40,549 nt of DNA from Octopus bimaculoides (Eukaryota): assembly GCF_001194135.2 (NCBI RefSeq), contig NC_068984.1, positions 125,092,507 through 125,133,055 of the forward strand, read 5' to 3'. Numbering within the stretch: the first letter of the stretch is position 1; each line of letters starts with the position of its first letter. The position numbers were made by a program, and so were the translations under genes. Positions 1-12,317 of the stretch are shown piece by piece. The notes beneath the pieces were generated by a model, which was not told where the DNA came from, searched no databases, and saw only the letters and a program-made list of their open reading frames with translations.

Positions 1-788
1 TATATATATATATATATATGTATGCATGTATGTATACAAACACACACACACACCTATACGCGCAAAAACACGCATGTATATATAAAGGGTTTGTGAGTTA
101 ATGGGTGGGGTGGAGAGAGTGGCAAGACAAACAGACAGATTGAAGTTAGTCGCTAAATTTCACACGATTAAAGTACTGAACGATTAGACGGAAGAAGGTA
201 AATAAGCAAGTAAAATGGTGTGTGTGTGTGTGTGTGTGTGTGTGTACATGTATGTGATAATATATGTTCGTTTCAAGAAATGGGTGTGTGTCTTCTATGT
301 GTTTATATGGTGTGGATGGATATATATATGTATGTATGTATGTATGTGTGTGTGTGTATATATATATATATAACAAAGAAAAGTTTGAAACAACCGAATG
401 ACGAATTGATAAACGATAAGACAATGGGCGAAAGAAACACAGAAAGAGAGAGAGAGAGAGAGAAAGGGGGGGTATGAGAGAGTAACATAAGTTAATTTCA
501 AGGAGATAATTACATAAACAACCAAGTGAATTTAGCGATAAGGGTTCGGTTGTTTTTCAGGTAATATCCTCTCAAGTATTGCTCTCCTGCTTCAGTTTTG
601 CTTTGTATCACAAATGTTGTCTCTTACCTTTTTTCCTCTTTGAAACACTCTAAGTCTTCCAAATATTACCTTATCTTTCTCCTCCCCACCTCCTCTCTCA
701 CTCTTTCTTTCTCTCTCTTTCCTTCTCTATCTCTTCCTCTTTCTCAAATATGTGTGTGAGAGTAACTTCTCAGGCCTCTGTTTTCGTC

Positions 789-814
789 CTACATCAACCT
801 CTCTTTCATCTCTC

Positions 815-887
<73 letters not shown>

Positions 888-892
888 CTCTC
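789..892. repeat. (CT)n/(CTAT)n microsatellite
   Basis: Direct inspection. Confidence 0.95.
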
Positions 893-1089
893 TCATCGTA
901 GACCAGGATGTTTGACGGCCAATTTCTTTCTCTCCTATCAGTTGTTTACTCAAACCCTCTCCATGCTCTCTCATCTGACGTCGGGACCCACTTAGAAAAT
1001 AGATCGAGACAACGTTTAGCAAAAATATAGGATGAGACAAGGACTCCCAAAAACAGAACTGACTATTTAAACAAATAGATCAATAACTA

Positions 1090-1107
1090 CACATAACACA
1101 CGCCCGT

Positions 1108-1143
<36 letters not shown>

Positions 1144-1511
1144 ACACACACACACACATACACTCACACGCACGCACTCACACGCACATACGCACGCACG
1201 GACACACACACACGTACACACACACACGCAAGCCCGCACACACATACACACACACACAAACACGCACGCACACATANNNNNNNNNNNNNNNNNNNNNNNN
1301 NNNNNNNNNNNNNNNNNNNNNNNNNNNNNNNNNNNNNNNNNNNNNNNNNNNNNNNNNNNNNNNNNNNNNNNNNNNNNNNNNNNNNNNNNNNNNNNNNNNA
1401 CACACACACACACACGCACATACACGCACACAGACACACACGCACACATATACACACACACACACACGCACGCATACACACACGCGCACACACACACATA
1501 TGCATGCACGT

Positions 1512-1540
<29 letters not shown>
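1090..1540. repeat. (CA)n-rich compound microsatellite spanning a gap
   Basis: Direct inspection. Confidence 0.95.
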
Positions 1541-1542
<2 letters not shown>

Positions 1543-1589
1543 CATACATATAAATAAGCGAATGCGTGTGAGAGAGGGACTAATTATAT

Positions 1590-1740
1590 GCATAGAAGCA
1601 CGTGGTTTTGGTTTCAGTCCCACTATGGGGCACCTTGGTCTAGTGTCCGTCCCGGGCTGATCAAAACGTTATGAGTGAATTTGTGAATTTTATAGTTTTG
1701 GGTTTTGGTAGACGGGAACTGTAAGGAAGCCTGTCGTATA
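1590..1740 (+). mobile_element. SINE family B, degenerate 5' half
   Basis: TTTCAGTCCCACT..GGGCACCTTGG...TTGGTAGACGGGAACTG..GAAGCCTGTCG. Confidence 0.7.
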
Positions 1741-1869
1741 TAAATAAGTGATTATCCAATCAAAATTTGAATTGAAGATGGTCTAACTTAACAGACAACT
1801 CTACCTCATACAATGCAGAGTAAATAAACGAAAATCTTAAAACGGTTAAATCGAAGAATATTAAAGTGA

Positions 1870-1955
1870 AGACCCTGAAGAAACTGCACTGGTGTTATAG
1901 TAGGGCTGCAATTGCAGCGGTTACAAATCGGTGCAGTTGAAACATGTGTAGGTCT
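1870..1955 (+). ncRNA. Type-I hammerhead ribozyme motif with long stem II
   Basis: AGACC(1870-74)-CTGAAGA-AACTGCAC...GTGCAGTT-GAAA-CATGTGT-A-GGTCT(1951-55). Both catalytic boxes are intact, stem I is 5 bp perfect, stem II base is 8 bp perfect, cleavage triplet GUA. Confidence 0.75.
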
Positions 1956-2087
1956 ATGCAAAGCTGTATATAGTGTATGTATATAGAAGAAGAATTGAAG
2001 GTAATGCTATGCTACTTCGCAATAATACTAATACTAATAATAATAATTATTATTATTATCATTATTATGAATATGATTTTTGAGGGT

Positions 2088-2270
2088 GGCGAGCTGGCAG
2101 AATTGTTAGCACGCTGGGCGAAATGCTGAGCGGTATTTCATCTGCCGCTACGTTCTGAGTTCAAATTCCGCCGAGGTCGACTTTGCCTTTTATTCTTTCG
2201 GGGTCGATGAAATAAGTACCAGTTACGCACTGCCGTCGATGCTATCGACTAGCCCCCTTCACCTAAAATT
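2088..2270 (+). mobile_element. tRNA-derived SINE family A
   Basis: GGCGAGCTGGCAGAA...GAGTTCAAATTCC (B box)...GAGGTCGACTTTGCC...GGGGTCGAT..AAATAAGTACCAG (Meta-domain-like body). Confidence 0.9.
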
Positions 2271-2540
2271 TTTTGGGATGAAGGTGGTATATTCTGCGCA
2301 ACGGTTTTATGAGTGATTCGAAATACAACGTAAGGTGTACCATTGCTGGTAAAATACAATTTTTGCCTCGCTCTTTGAAAAGTAAGCAAAAGGGTCTCAC
2401 TAAAGGTTTTAAATCTCCGTGGAAAGAAAACTGGTTTCAATCTGTCTGGATTCATCCCCAAAGTACTCATCTTTTGCCCACGTTTATGGTACAAGTATAA
2501 CGCCGACTTTCTGGAAAGGGATGGCTTGGGTTCTTTTATT

Positions 2541-3210
2541 CCGTACCATGACATGTTGGGACATGCTAGCAGATGGTTCTTAAACTATTTAGCATATAGT
2601 CATAGCCAGTTAGAAAGCTCACAATAGACCCTCTTCGGTATGTGACATTGACAAGCCAAAACAATGACGAAACATCGGTGTCTGTCGCTCCGAAAAAGAG
2701 AGGTTTGGTGTGAGTTGTCTCACTTGGCTATGATTAGCTTTCCAGTGTTTTTACACCAAGGGCATTGAAAATATATTCTCCTACGACTAAAAAAACGCAG
2801 CCACCTGACAAACTAACAACACTCACACTTTGTGTATGTGTGTTCGACTTTGTTTATATACCTCGACCTGCTTCTAATTCATATTTGAATTTTTTTCCGT
2901 GGCATGACATGTTGGGACATGCTAGCAGTTAGTTCTTCAACCATTTAGCATATAGTCATAGCCAGGTAGACAGCTCACAGCAGACCCTCTTCAGTAAGTG
3001 ACTTTGACAAGTCAAAACAATGACGAAACCTCGATATTTGTCACTCCCCCAAAAATATGGGATTCGATAAGATTTTTCTCACTTGGCTATGACTTGCTTT
3101 CGGGTGTTTTTACAACGGCATTGATAATATGTTCTCTTAAGTCTAAAAACCGCAACCGCTCGACAAACTAACAACACACGCACCTCATGTATGTATGCCT
3201 GACTTTGTTT

Positions 3211-3211
<1 letters not shown>
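2541..3211. repeat. Tandem duplication, period 356 bp
   Basis: CCGT..CATGACATGTTGGGACATGCTAGCAG starts at 2541 and at 2897; units are colinear for about 315 bp. Confidence 0.92.
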
Positions 3212-3245
<34 letters not shown>

Positions 3246-3280
3246 ATATATAGTTTTAGGGAAAATAACCAATTTTCAAG

Positions 3281-3473
3281 AACTCATCGATGAAAATCCA
3301 CTATCACATATAGAAAAATTAATAATTAAAAGCACATTATATTATATTATATTATATTATATTATATATTATATTTATCTTATGATATTTACTTTACTTT
3401 ATATTATACTCATTTATCGTGCTTTTAATTATTAATTTTTCTATATGTGATAGTGGATTTTCATCGATGAGTT
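3281..3473. repeat. Perfect 55-bp inverted repeat with an 83-bp AT spacer
   Basis: 3281-3335 is the exact reverse complement of 3419-3473. Confidence 0.95.
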
Positions 3474-3774
3474 NNNNNNNNNNNNNNNNNNNNNNNNNNN
3501 NNNNNNNNNNNNNNNNNNNNNNNNNNNNNNNNNNNNNNNNNNNNNNNNNNNNNNNNNNNNNNNNNNNNNNNNNNNNNNNNNNNNNNNNNNNNNNNNNNNN
3601 NNNNNNNNNNNNNNNNNNNNNNNNNNNNNNNNNNNNNNNNNNNNNNNNNNNNNNNNNNNNNNNNNNNNNNNNNNNNNNNNNNNNNNNNNNNNNNNNNNNN
3701 NNNNNNNNNNNNNNNNNNNNNNNNNNNNNNNNNNNNNNNNNNNNNNNNNNNNNATATATATATATATATATATA

Positions 3775-3937
3775 TACGACGGTCTTCTTTCAATTTCCGT
3801 CTACCAAATCCACTCACAAGGCTTTGGTCGGCCCGAGGCTATAGTAGAAGACACTTTCCCAATGTGTCACGCAGTGGGACTGAACCTAGAACCATATGGT
3901 TAGGAAGTAGGCTTCTTACTACACAGTCACGCCTGCA
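3775..3937 (-). mobile_element. SINE family B, 5' half
   Basis: Reverse complement of the family B head and body. Confidence 0.85.
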
Positions 3938-5725
3938 TCTTATCTCATTTAATTATTTAAGTAAATTTAAGGTTATTTGAATCAAAGGTTCCAGAAAATC
4001 GTTGATGTTGCTGTATATACAAATTGAGATACAGCTAATCAGATCTGTCGAAGTGGCATAATAGTGCATTCACTGAAAAATTGCTTTATTAATTACTTAA
4101 CTAATTAATTGAGTAAATATAGTCCATTACACATCGTTATTTTTTCTTTTTCTCTTAGAAGAAATATGTATAGAAATATGTATTTCAAATATATATAGAA
4201 CAGATTTTCACGTTAAGCATTTTAAGGGCCATTAGTGATATAAGATAATTCGGTGCACCACTTTCTTCATTTCTACAGTGAAACTAAATTTGTGTATTTA
4301 TAAAATTATAAATGTTTTCCTTACATTTTAATTCAAATTATTCATGAAACGCTCCGGCAAGCAACAGTAATTTATTAATCACATTATCGGCGTATGCATT
4401 ATTGTGCACTTTAGACTGATAAATTTAGCTGTGTTCGAATCTGTATACACCATAACTATTTATAAACTGTTAACCTGTCTGTGGACACAAAGTGTATATT
4501 CTGTCTCTGATGAAATCTAAGAAGGTTAGAAACGGATCATATCGATCTCACTTTTTACTAGTCACAAAGCCCTAAATTACTTATTGTGCAATCACTATAT
4601 TTAGTTTTTATAGCGAGACCAGAACTATGTTTAAAAAAAGATTTATACTATACACATCAGCTATATGACCTTTAGTGTCTCTACAGTAGTGGTGATAAAG
4701 GAATAACTAAATAATTATTGAAGACTATACACTTAGCGGCGAAAAGGAACAGAATTGTTTTACGATTAAGTAATTTAAATATACGATCTGCATGTAAAAA
4801 AGTTGGGTATTATCGTGACTACATATTTGATGTACCGCTATTTAGAAATGAAAATGTTGATTCGTTGCTCAAGTCAGAATAAGACTGAAACATGTCTAGA
4901 GTTGTCTCCCATACTTGTTTGAGTGTCTTACTTAACATGAGTCATTGACTAATATCATTTTTGCTTTCGCTTTACGATGTATTTACTTGTATTTAACTTT
5001 TCATTTATGTAGATATGAAATATATTGATTTCTAACTTATGTTGAAATAGAAACCGGTCGGCGGAATACATTGCCATAAGCAGTTCATTTATTCTACAAT
5101 ACTTGTCCAGATGACATGTTTGATATTTAAAAGGAACAAAATCTTGTTTCCTAAAATGAAGTGTGTCGTTCATACTTTTCTTGTTGACGTCATTATGACG
5201 GACCAAAATCGAGTAGCGCATCCAATTTGTTGGAAAAGCAACTCCCCACGTTCATGCAATTCACTACTTTTAGACACTAGTCTGTTTCAATTTATCATTT
5301 TCAAAATGTAACATATCACATTCATCAGTAACTCCCTTTCAGACGTAGGAAACAAAAATATATTTGTAGCCTCGGATCTGTAGATCTTTAGTTATCAATA
5401 CAGTAACCTTGAGGAGATTTTATGAGTGTCGCTGTCGGCCGCGTCAGTGAAGTGTTTCATTATTGTGATCAGAACGCATACAAGATGCTTTTTCCCTGTT
5501 ATCTCGTACCACCCAGCTGTAAATAGACTCTACTGGAATGTACAGCCCAAAGTTGTAGGCAGCGAATGAAATATAAGACAAGCTAACAAATGATTCCATG
5601 TCTTTTTTGTGCTGGCGGAATCTGCAGAAAACTATTGAAATGCAAAACTCACAATGTGAATTCCAGTTTTACTATTGTAAGCAACACCTGATTGCAAGTA
5701 CTCTGTAATTACTGGTATATTACAG

Positions 5726-5769
5726 TTCATCTGTTATAACCTGTCCACTTCCAGACCAACATTATTGAT
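5726..5769 (+). CDS. Candidate small exon (FICYNLSTSRPTLL, or 15-nt TNIID from 5755)
   Basis: GAT|GTGAGT donor with two possible upstream acceptors (TATTACAG, CCACTTCCAG). Confidence 0.2.
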
Positions 5770-6529
5770 GTGAGTATTTTTCACAAATATGAAATGATCC
5801 ATTACGATCACAAAGACATCTTTACAAAAACAAAACAAAAAACCTTCATATAAGTTCTCGATACTAACGTTGATTTGTCCCCGTAGTATATGACTGACAT
5901 TGGAGAGACTAATGATCGATTGAATAAACGTATGAACATGTCAAGTATATACTTTATCAGGTCCGAAAAGTAAAAGTAATATGCAAATTCGAATCAGATA
6001 GCTTTAAATTCAAAGCTCCATTAAGTTCAGTTCTGTACCGTTTTTGCAGCCCAGTAATCTTTACAATTTATTATTGCAGTCTCTGACAGTTACCGCCATA
6101 GCAGAGAAGAAAAAGCGACAGCCTGTTGCTAATATTCCCTTCTATCAAGTACGATTTGATAAAAGTGTTTGGAGAGATCCACACATACTGTTCAACACTA
6201 CAGTTTCTTCCACATTAGTGAAAGCTTAAGGTTTAGGAACATGTGCGTAGTCAATGTAACCGAAATCATACCTCTCTGGTAGGCAGCTTATTGACCTCTG
6301 AAGCATGCAATGGGGAATTAATTCTGATTAGATTTGAAATCAAAACAAATGTATTGATACAAATATAAAGAAATCAGGGAGGTTACATAATATAAATACA
6401 CTTGCTTCTCATGTTTCGCTGAAAAATCCTGAACAGATTAATAAATGCTTGGTGGGGGGGGGAGGGACATGACCAACAATTTTTGGTAGAAAAGGAACAC
6501 TTGACTACCTAAACATCAATACATAAATT

Positions 6530-6656
6530 GTACTTTATCTTATCCACGCCAAAAATAGGAAAGACAAAGCTGATCTTGGCGGAATTTGAACTCAGAAGAG
6601 CCGGAATAAAATACCTCATGGCATTTTATCGACACTCTAACAATTCTACTCGACCA
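6530..6656 (-). mobile_element. Degenerate SINE family A
   Basis: GGCGGAATTTGAACTCAG plus flanking homology to family A. Confidence 0.6.
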
Positions 6657-7115
6657 CTAATGATGCTAACGTCTAGTTATGTATGTATGGGATCGACAAG
6701 CTGTACACCATTGCTAAAGGTAATACATGGACTAGGTATCCTGTTACTTCAGCCACCAAACATGAAGATATGAAACAAAAAAAATGTAAGACTGAGAGAG
6801 AATTGCTCATAGATAATTTTGCCCAACAGAGAGTTGACACAAGATCACAAGATCCGTTTCTTCCACAAAATTAATAATGATAATAATTTCTAAGATAGTT
6901 ATAGGACAAGAAATTTTAGCTGGAGTTAGTACTTCTCTAGTACGTTTTTCAAATGGAAATTACTCCCGGTCTGGTACATAATTTATCAACCATAAAGGGA
7001 CTAGTAGCAAAGTTAATCTTGGTGGAGTTTAAAGTCTGGATGGAAATTGGTTTAAGGGGACAGCAGAAAGAAATTAATCTGTTTCTTTACCATATCTACT
7101 AACGCAATTAACACA

Positions 7116-7535
7116 GCAGGAGTGGCTGTGTGGTAAGTAGCTTGCTTACCAACCATATGGTTCCGGGTTCATTCCCACTGCGTGGCACCTTCGGCAGGTG
7201 TCTTCTACTATAGCCTCGAGCCGACCAAAGCCTTGTGAGTGGATTTGGCAGACGGAAACTGAAAGAATCCCGTCGTATATATGCATATATATGTATATAT
7301 GTATGTGTGTATATGTTTGTGCGTCTGTGTTTGTCCCCCCAACATCGCTTGACAACCGATGGTGGTGTGTTTACGTCCCCGTAAATTAGCGGTTCGGCAA
7401 AAGAGACCGATAGAATAAGTACTAGGCTTACAAAAAATAAGTCTTGGGGTCGATTTGCTCGACTAAAGGTGGTGCTCCAGCATGGCCGCAGTCAAATGAC
7501 TGAAACAAGTAAAAGAGCAAAGAGTAAAGAGTAAC
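7116..7535 (+). mobile_element. tRNA-derived SINE family B, full length
   Basis: GGAGTGGCTGTGTGGTAAG (A box)...GGTTCATTCCC (B box)...GGCACCTT.GGCAGGTGTCTTCTACTATAG..., internal TA/TG repeat, GTAAAAGA-type tail. Confidence 0.92.
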
Positions 7536-8075
7536 AGAGAAATAATAAAAAAAAAGAAATAATAATAAATAAAAAAACAAGAACCCGAAAGTTGAAGGAT
7601 CTTTAAACAAATAAATGGGTTATATCTTAGTTGAGTGAATAGGGTACAAGAGTTATATTCATTTTGGGAGTCGAATAGTGCAAATCAATTTAGAAGACAG
7701 GGAACCTTATAGTAAGAGTCAGAAGTGTAAAGCTGTTTGTTGACAGATCTTGTACAAGGCACTCAAGATGAAGACCAAACTATGCATTCGTTGTTGCCAT
7801 TTTCTTGAAGCTTTTCTCTTTATATATATATGTAGTTACAAATTGAAATTTAAGAAAGTGAAAATAAACAAGTCAAACAATTACAAAAATAAGAACAACG
7901 TTATCGTATTTTATTTTCAACAACGGTGATGTAAATTTACATATCCGAATGGCAGCAATACAAAATGGTAATCTGGGAGATCATATGCTTTCTCCACTAC
8001 ACTCATTTATATATACATATCTATGTATCTCGGTATATATATCTATGTATATGCGTGTGTGTATGTGTGAGTGCG

Positions 8076-8293
8076 CGCGGGGTGTGCTGAAAACTTCCTG
8101 GCTTTAATGGTATCACGAAAGTCTTGGTTGAAGGCCCAACCTTCCGAGTTCTATTAATGGGCTTAGAAAAACTGAAGAACTGCTGCAATAAGTGTGTGAT
8201 TCTGAGAAGGGAATATGTTGAATAATATCATAATTAACAGACCCTCCTGTATTTTCTTTTACCAACAGCCAGGAACTTTTCAGTATCCCCTCG
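8076..8293 (+). mobile_element. Mariner-derived MITE
   Basis: About 28-bp imperfect TIRs (CGxGGGG..CTGAAAAxTTCCTGGCT) and a right-hand TA. The interior encodes a transposase C-terminus (GLEKLKNCCNKCVILRREYVE*). Confidence 0.8.
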
Positions 8294-8394
8294 TAAATAT
8301 CGCAAGGCATTTTGCTCTGTTCTCAACGAATTCTGCCATTCTTTGCTTTTCGGCGAGGTTATGCGCTGAACTAAGGTGTCGAACTTCCATAATT

Positions 8395-8575
8395 GTTGGC
8401 ACGTCGGACAAAATTCTTAACAGTATTTCTTCCGGCTCTTTAAGTACTTATTTCAAATCCTACCGGAGTCAAGTTTGCCTTTCATTTCTTCTAGGCCCAT
8501 TAGATAGAGTATCAGTTAAATACTGGGGTCAATGTAATCAACTTGCTCCCTCCCCTCAAGAATTGCTGACATTGA
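8395..8575 (+). mobile_element. Degenerate SINE family A
   Basis: TTCAAATCCTACCGGAGTCAAGTTTGCCTTTCAT...TACTGGGGTCAATGTAATC. Confidence 0.6.
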
Positions 8576-8690
8576 ACTCTGCCACGGAGCGGCGTCCTAT
8601 TTAGCGGCATGTTGTGATTTCAGTAACTTATACTCGATGGAAACTGGATGACCAGCATTACAAGCCCTAGGGCTCGAGAAAAATAATATA

Positions 8691-8817
8691 CAGGGTGTCC
8701 ACAAGGTCTGGGTACATGGAGTAAATAAAATCATAACATAAACAATTAAATATAAGAAATAATAATTTCTTAAAGTATGTGTTAATCCCCATGTACCCAG
8801 ACTTTGTGGACACCCTG
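8691..8817. mobile_element. 127-bp Tc1/mariner-type MITE
   Basis: 29-bp TIRs CAGGGTGTCCACAA(G/A)GTCTGGGTACATGG with 1 mismatch, flanked by TA on both sides. Confidence 0.9.
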
Positions 8818-9144
8818 TATAGTGATCTAATATACGATAATTTATTAATGAGATAATCTTTGTTGGTATTATGTTCTGTGATCCTGTATTCTGTTTGCAA
8901 TTACAGTAGATATTAAAACCAAAAAAAAAAAAAAATTGATATGCTTCATGAACGTCAATTCAAAATATGACACTAATTGAGTATCAAGTTCAGAAAATAA
9001 TGAATTTTAAAGACCAGTTCACTTGATTTATTGATTTCAAGTGAGGAAAATAATGAGATGATCTTGTTGAAAATTGAACTTAGGATATATAGATAGCCAT
9101 CTTACACACCTGGACTAATTGAATTCATTGTTTTACACGCTTAG

Positions 9145-9204
9145 ACATTTTCATTGTCCTCGTAAGTTGTATTAATAGCTGTGTGACATTTATGATAGTC
9201 TCAG
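9145..9204 (+). CDS. Candidate 60-nt phase 1-1 host exon, hydrophobic (x-IFIVLVSCINSCVTFMIVS)
   Basis: TTTTACACGCTTAG acceptor, CAG|GTAAGT donor, only one open frame. No homology recognised. Confidence 0.3.
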
Positions 9205-10128
9205 GTAAGTGTAAATACTGGGACAATGTCAGACTACGAGATAAGAAGACAATATTATCAGAAATCAGAAGCTGGAGTTTAGACCATACTCTAATGAAAA
9301 CAATTATAAACACAATTGTTAATTATATTTTTTCAAATGTTTTTATTTTCGTAATTATTATTCTGGGGTGATGGTCATAGAACTGAAAATAGCATTCAAA
9401 TTCTTAGTGCTTGTATCATAGTTCAAACCAAGTGGAAAACCCAAGCTCAACCCTTTTAGAGGCACCTCAAGTTATAGTATGTTACAAATTATATTTGGTA
9501 GTTTTGTCGATGCAAACGATCAATAGTTTCTTCAGATTATTCCCTCATCCTAAGAGAACACAGGACGATTTTATAGAATTTCTTATCATGCAAACCCATT
9601 CCAGTTCGTGTCACCACATTTAAGATAAGGCGGGTTTAATTGTTTAAAGTATAAGGTTGTCGACTTTGAGGATAACACTGTCTTGATGACATCATGGTAC
9701 GAATCGTCAAAACCTTTAACAGAGGTTTGCTTCTTTGTTGCATGTGTATATGTGTGTGCTCTATAACCGATGCATCACGAATGCGAATCTGGAGCTATGA
9801 ATTACAAGTAACAACAATGTATATCTGAATTCGTATTTGAATACTTATTTACATATTCTTCGATGTTTCTATATTTACATTCAAAATATAAACAAGCTAA
9901 TTTTCTCACATGTAAGACTAAAATACATAATTTGAATGGTCGAATGAGAGTGAGGTACTTTGCTGTAATGGTATCACGATAGTCCAGGTTACAGTCGATA
10001 CGTGATTCGAGTTCGCTAGTGGCTTTCTACCTCGTTTTCGTCCAATGAATCTTTTAACCTTAGGTCTTATGAGCTACTAATTATAGCTGGACTCTCATTT
10101 GCGATCTCTTGTTAACATAAAACTCATT

Positions 10129-10802
10129 GGATCTAGTTCAAAACGGGGGCGCCAGTATTTTCTTAACGAAACACTTTGAAACTTGGGACACTGGTAGAAT
10201 GTGTCATATAAAACATCTTTTTCTCTTAGTCTTCTTAAGAAAAATTATTATATTGCAACTTATTTCATGTTAAAGTTGTCGTATTTCTGTAATTTCAACC
10301 AATGACTGACGTCCATTCAACCGAATACATTAAGTGCTGACTACGTAAACAAACGATTCTCAAACGATTCTGGCGGTGATAAAATTATTATTTCCTTGTT
10401 AAAAAATGGCTGAAGCATATTGGCAGTAGCTAATAAACCTTTCTATTATNNNNNNNNNNNNNNNNNGCAGATGTTAACGAAATTATATTAAAAATAAAAC
10501 GAAGGAAAACGAACACACGTGTGTTGCCTCTCTGCAAAATGTCAGAAGTAATGGAGATTAAATACGCTTTACACCGCTTAAACTGCCAAAGGAGTAACTG
10601 TAAACAGCTGAATACTTGTCAGTGATTGGTTGAAATTATCGAAATAAGACAATTTTTTACATGAAATAACTTCGAATACAAAAATTTTTTTGTGTTCTAT
10701 AACACAAAATAGATAAGTATACGAAGTTTGAAAGTCTTTCGGTACCAAAAACACTACATAAAACATAAATGAAAACTGGTGCCCCCGTTTTGAACTAGAT
10801 CC
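10129..10802. mobile_element. Non-autonomous TIR element (about 675 bp)
   Basis: TIRs GGATCTAGTTCAAAACGGGGGC(G/A)CCAGT at both ends. No clear TSD. Confidence 0.85.
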
Positions 10803-10887
10803 AACTTATTTATATATTTCTCGAAGTTTTCATATTTACTTCCAAATGTAAACAATTGTGAGTGTTTATATTTCTATATTAAATATC

Positions 10888-11190
10888 AATGGCTCAGTGG
10901 TTTGAGCGTCAGCCTCACAATCATGAGGTAGTGAGTTCGATTCCTGGATTGGGCTGTGTATTACGTTCTTGAGTAAGACACTTTATTTTACGTTGCTCCA
11001 GTTCACTCAGTGCCAAGCTGTATCGGCCTTTGCCTTTCCTTTCGATAACATCGGTGGTGTGAAGAGGGGAGGCTGGTATGATTGGGCGAGTGCTGGTCTT
11101 CCATAAACAACCTTGTCTGGACCTGTGCCTTGGAGGGAACCTTTCTAAGTGCAATCTCATGGTCGTTCATGACCGAAGAGGGTCTTTACA
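10888..11190 (+). mobile_element. tRNA-derived SINE family C
   Basis: A box TGGCTCAGTGG (10890-10900), B box GTTCGATTCC (10935-44), then TTCTTGAGTAAGACACTT...GTTGCTCCAGTTCACTCAG (CORE/V-like body). Confidence 0.8.
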
Positions 11191-11576
11191 CTGTTACCCT
11201 TTATCAATGTAAACCTAAATGATGCATACAAATTACAGTCAAAAACCAAATAACTCATTGCAATTTGAACCTATTCCTCCTATATGATGCCATAGCGTCT
11301 TGACAGCCATGTTGTGTAAAGTGACTGGTTACATAACTTGAATTTTAAAAAAGCTATGATAGCATTTTTACATCTCTCTACATATTAATTGACCATTACT
11401 TTATTTTAGCGACCTAAGAAGTATCAAATTCAAAGAAGATATTTACAAGATTTAAATTTAGGTTATAAATAACCTGAGAAAATATCGAAAGGCATTTTTT
11501 TCTGACACTCAAATGATTAAGCCAAAATACCTACTTTATAATAACAAAAAGAAAAATTAATAATCCTTTTTACTAA

Positions 11577-11992
11577 AGGCACAAGGCCTGAAATCTTGGG
11601 AGAGAGATTAGTCAATAATATCGACGCCAGTACGTAACTGGTACTTCTTTCATCGACCCCGAAAGAATGAAAGGTAAAGACGGCCTCGGCAGGATTTGAA
11701 TTCAGAACGTAAAGATAGACGAAATGCTTAGCAGCATTTGGCCCGGCGTGCTAACGATTCTGTCAGCTCTCCGCCTTAATAATAATAATAATTTCAAATT
11801 TTGCCACAAGGGCAGCCATTGGGGGGAGGGGACTAGTCGATTCCATCGATCTCAGTGTTTCACTGGTACTTAATTTATCGACCCCGAAAGGATAAAAGGC
11901 AAAGTCGATCTCAGAGAAATTCGAACTCAGAACGTAAGGACGGACAAAATACCGCTAAGCATTTCGACCGGCGTGTTAATGATGCTGTCAGT
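11577..11992 (-). mobile_element. Two tandem SINE family A copies
   Basis: 11577-11776 and 11798-11992, each with head, B box and body. Confidence 0.9.
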
Positions 11993-12317
11993 TTCCTCTG
12001 CGTTTCACAATCTTCTACCACTTCTTTTCTTGGTTCGTTATGCTTGTCGATGTTAATTTTAGGGTTTCATGTGCTGTGCATTGTCAGCACTTTGCTAGCC
12101 CTTCTATCTCATCCTTGTAACTTTGTCTATTTTTAGAAGAGCAGCAGAATACCCATGTGTTCTTGCGTTGATAATAAGTCTTCCATATAGTTTTCTTTCG
12201 AGAGCGTTCATAAGCCTTCGCTTGTACGCATAAGTAGCTTCCCTTTCATTTCTTTTTGCATTATTTTATCATCCTGCAACACCCCTGGGTGCTTGTCTCT
12301 CTTATTTCTCAGCAATA

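Noticed and set aside
1087-1660. Long CV/TH-rich ORFs here and similar poly-L/V/H/T or X-filled ORFs elsewhere
   Set aside because: Translations of microsatellites and N gaps.
4508-4540. CTGATGA-AATCT aaga AGGTT-A-GAAACGGATC hammerhead-like string
   Set aside because: Extra nucleotide before GAAA, no convincing stem I or III; at best a decayed relic.
4870-4902. AGTC agaataa GACT-GAAA-CATGT-C-TAGAG (3' half of a hammerhead)
   Set aside because: CUGANGA box absent.
5290-5335. Minus-strand CTGATGA-ATGTGA/TTACAT-TTT-GAAA
   Set aside because: Three extra nucleotides and no valid stem III or cleavage site.
6081-6229. SLTVTAIAEKKKRQPVANIPFYQ... after a TTATTGCAG acceptor
   Set aside because: Weak donor and no homology recognised.
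10888-10960. Possible tRNA gene
   Set aside because: A and B boxes are present but there is no cloverleaf, and it continues into a SINE body.
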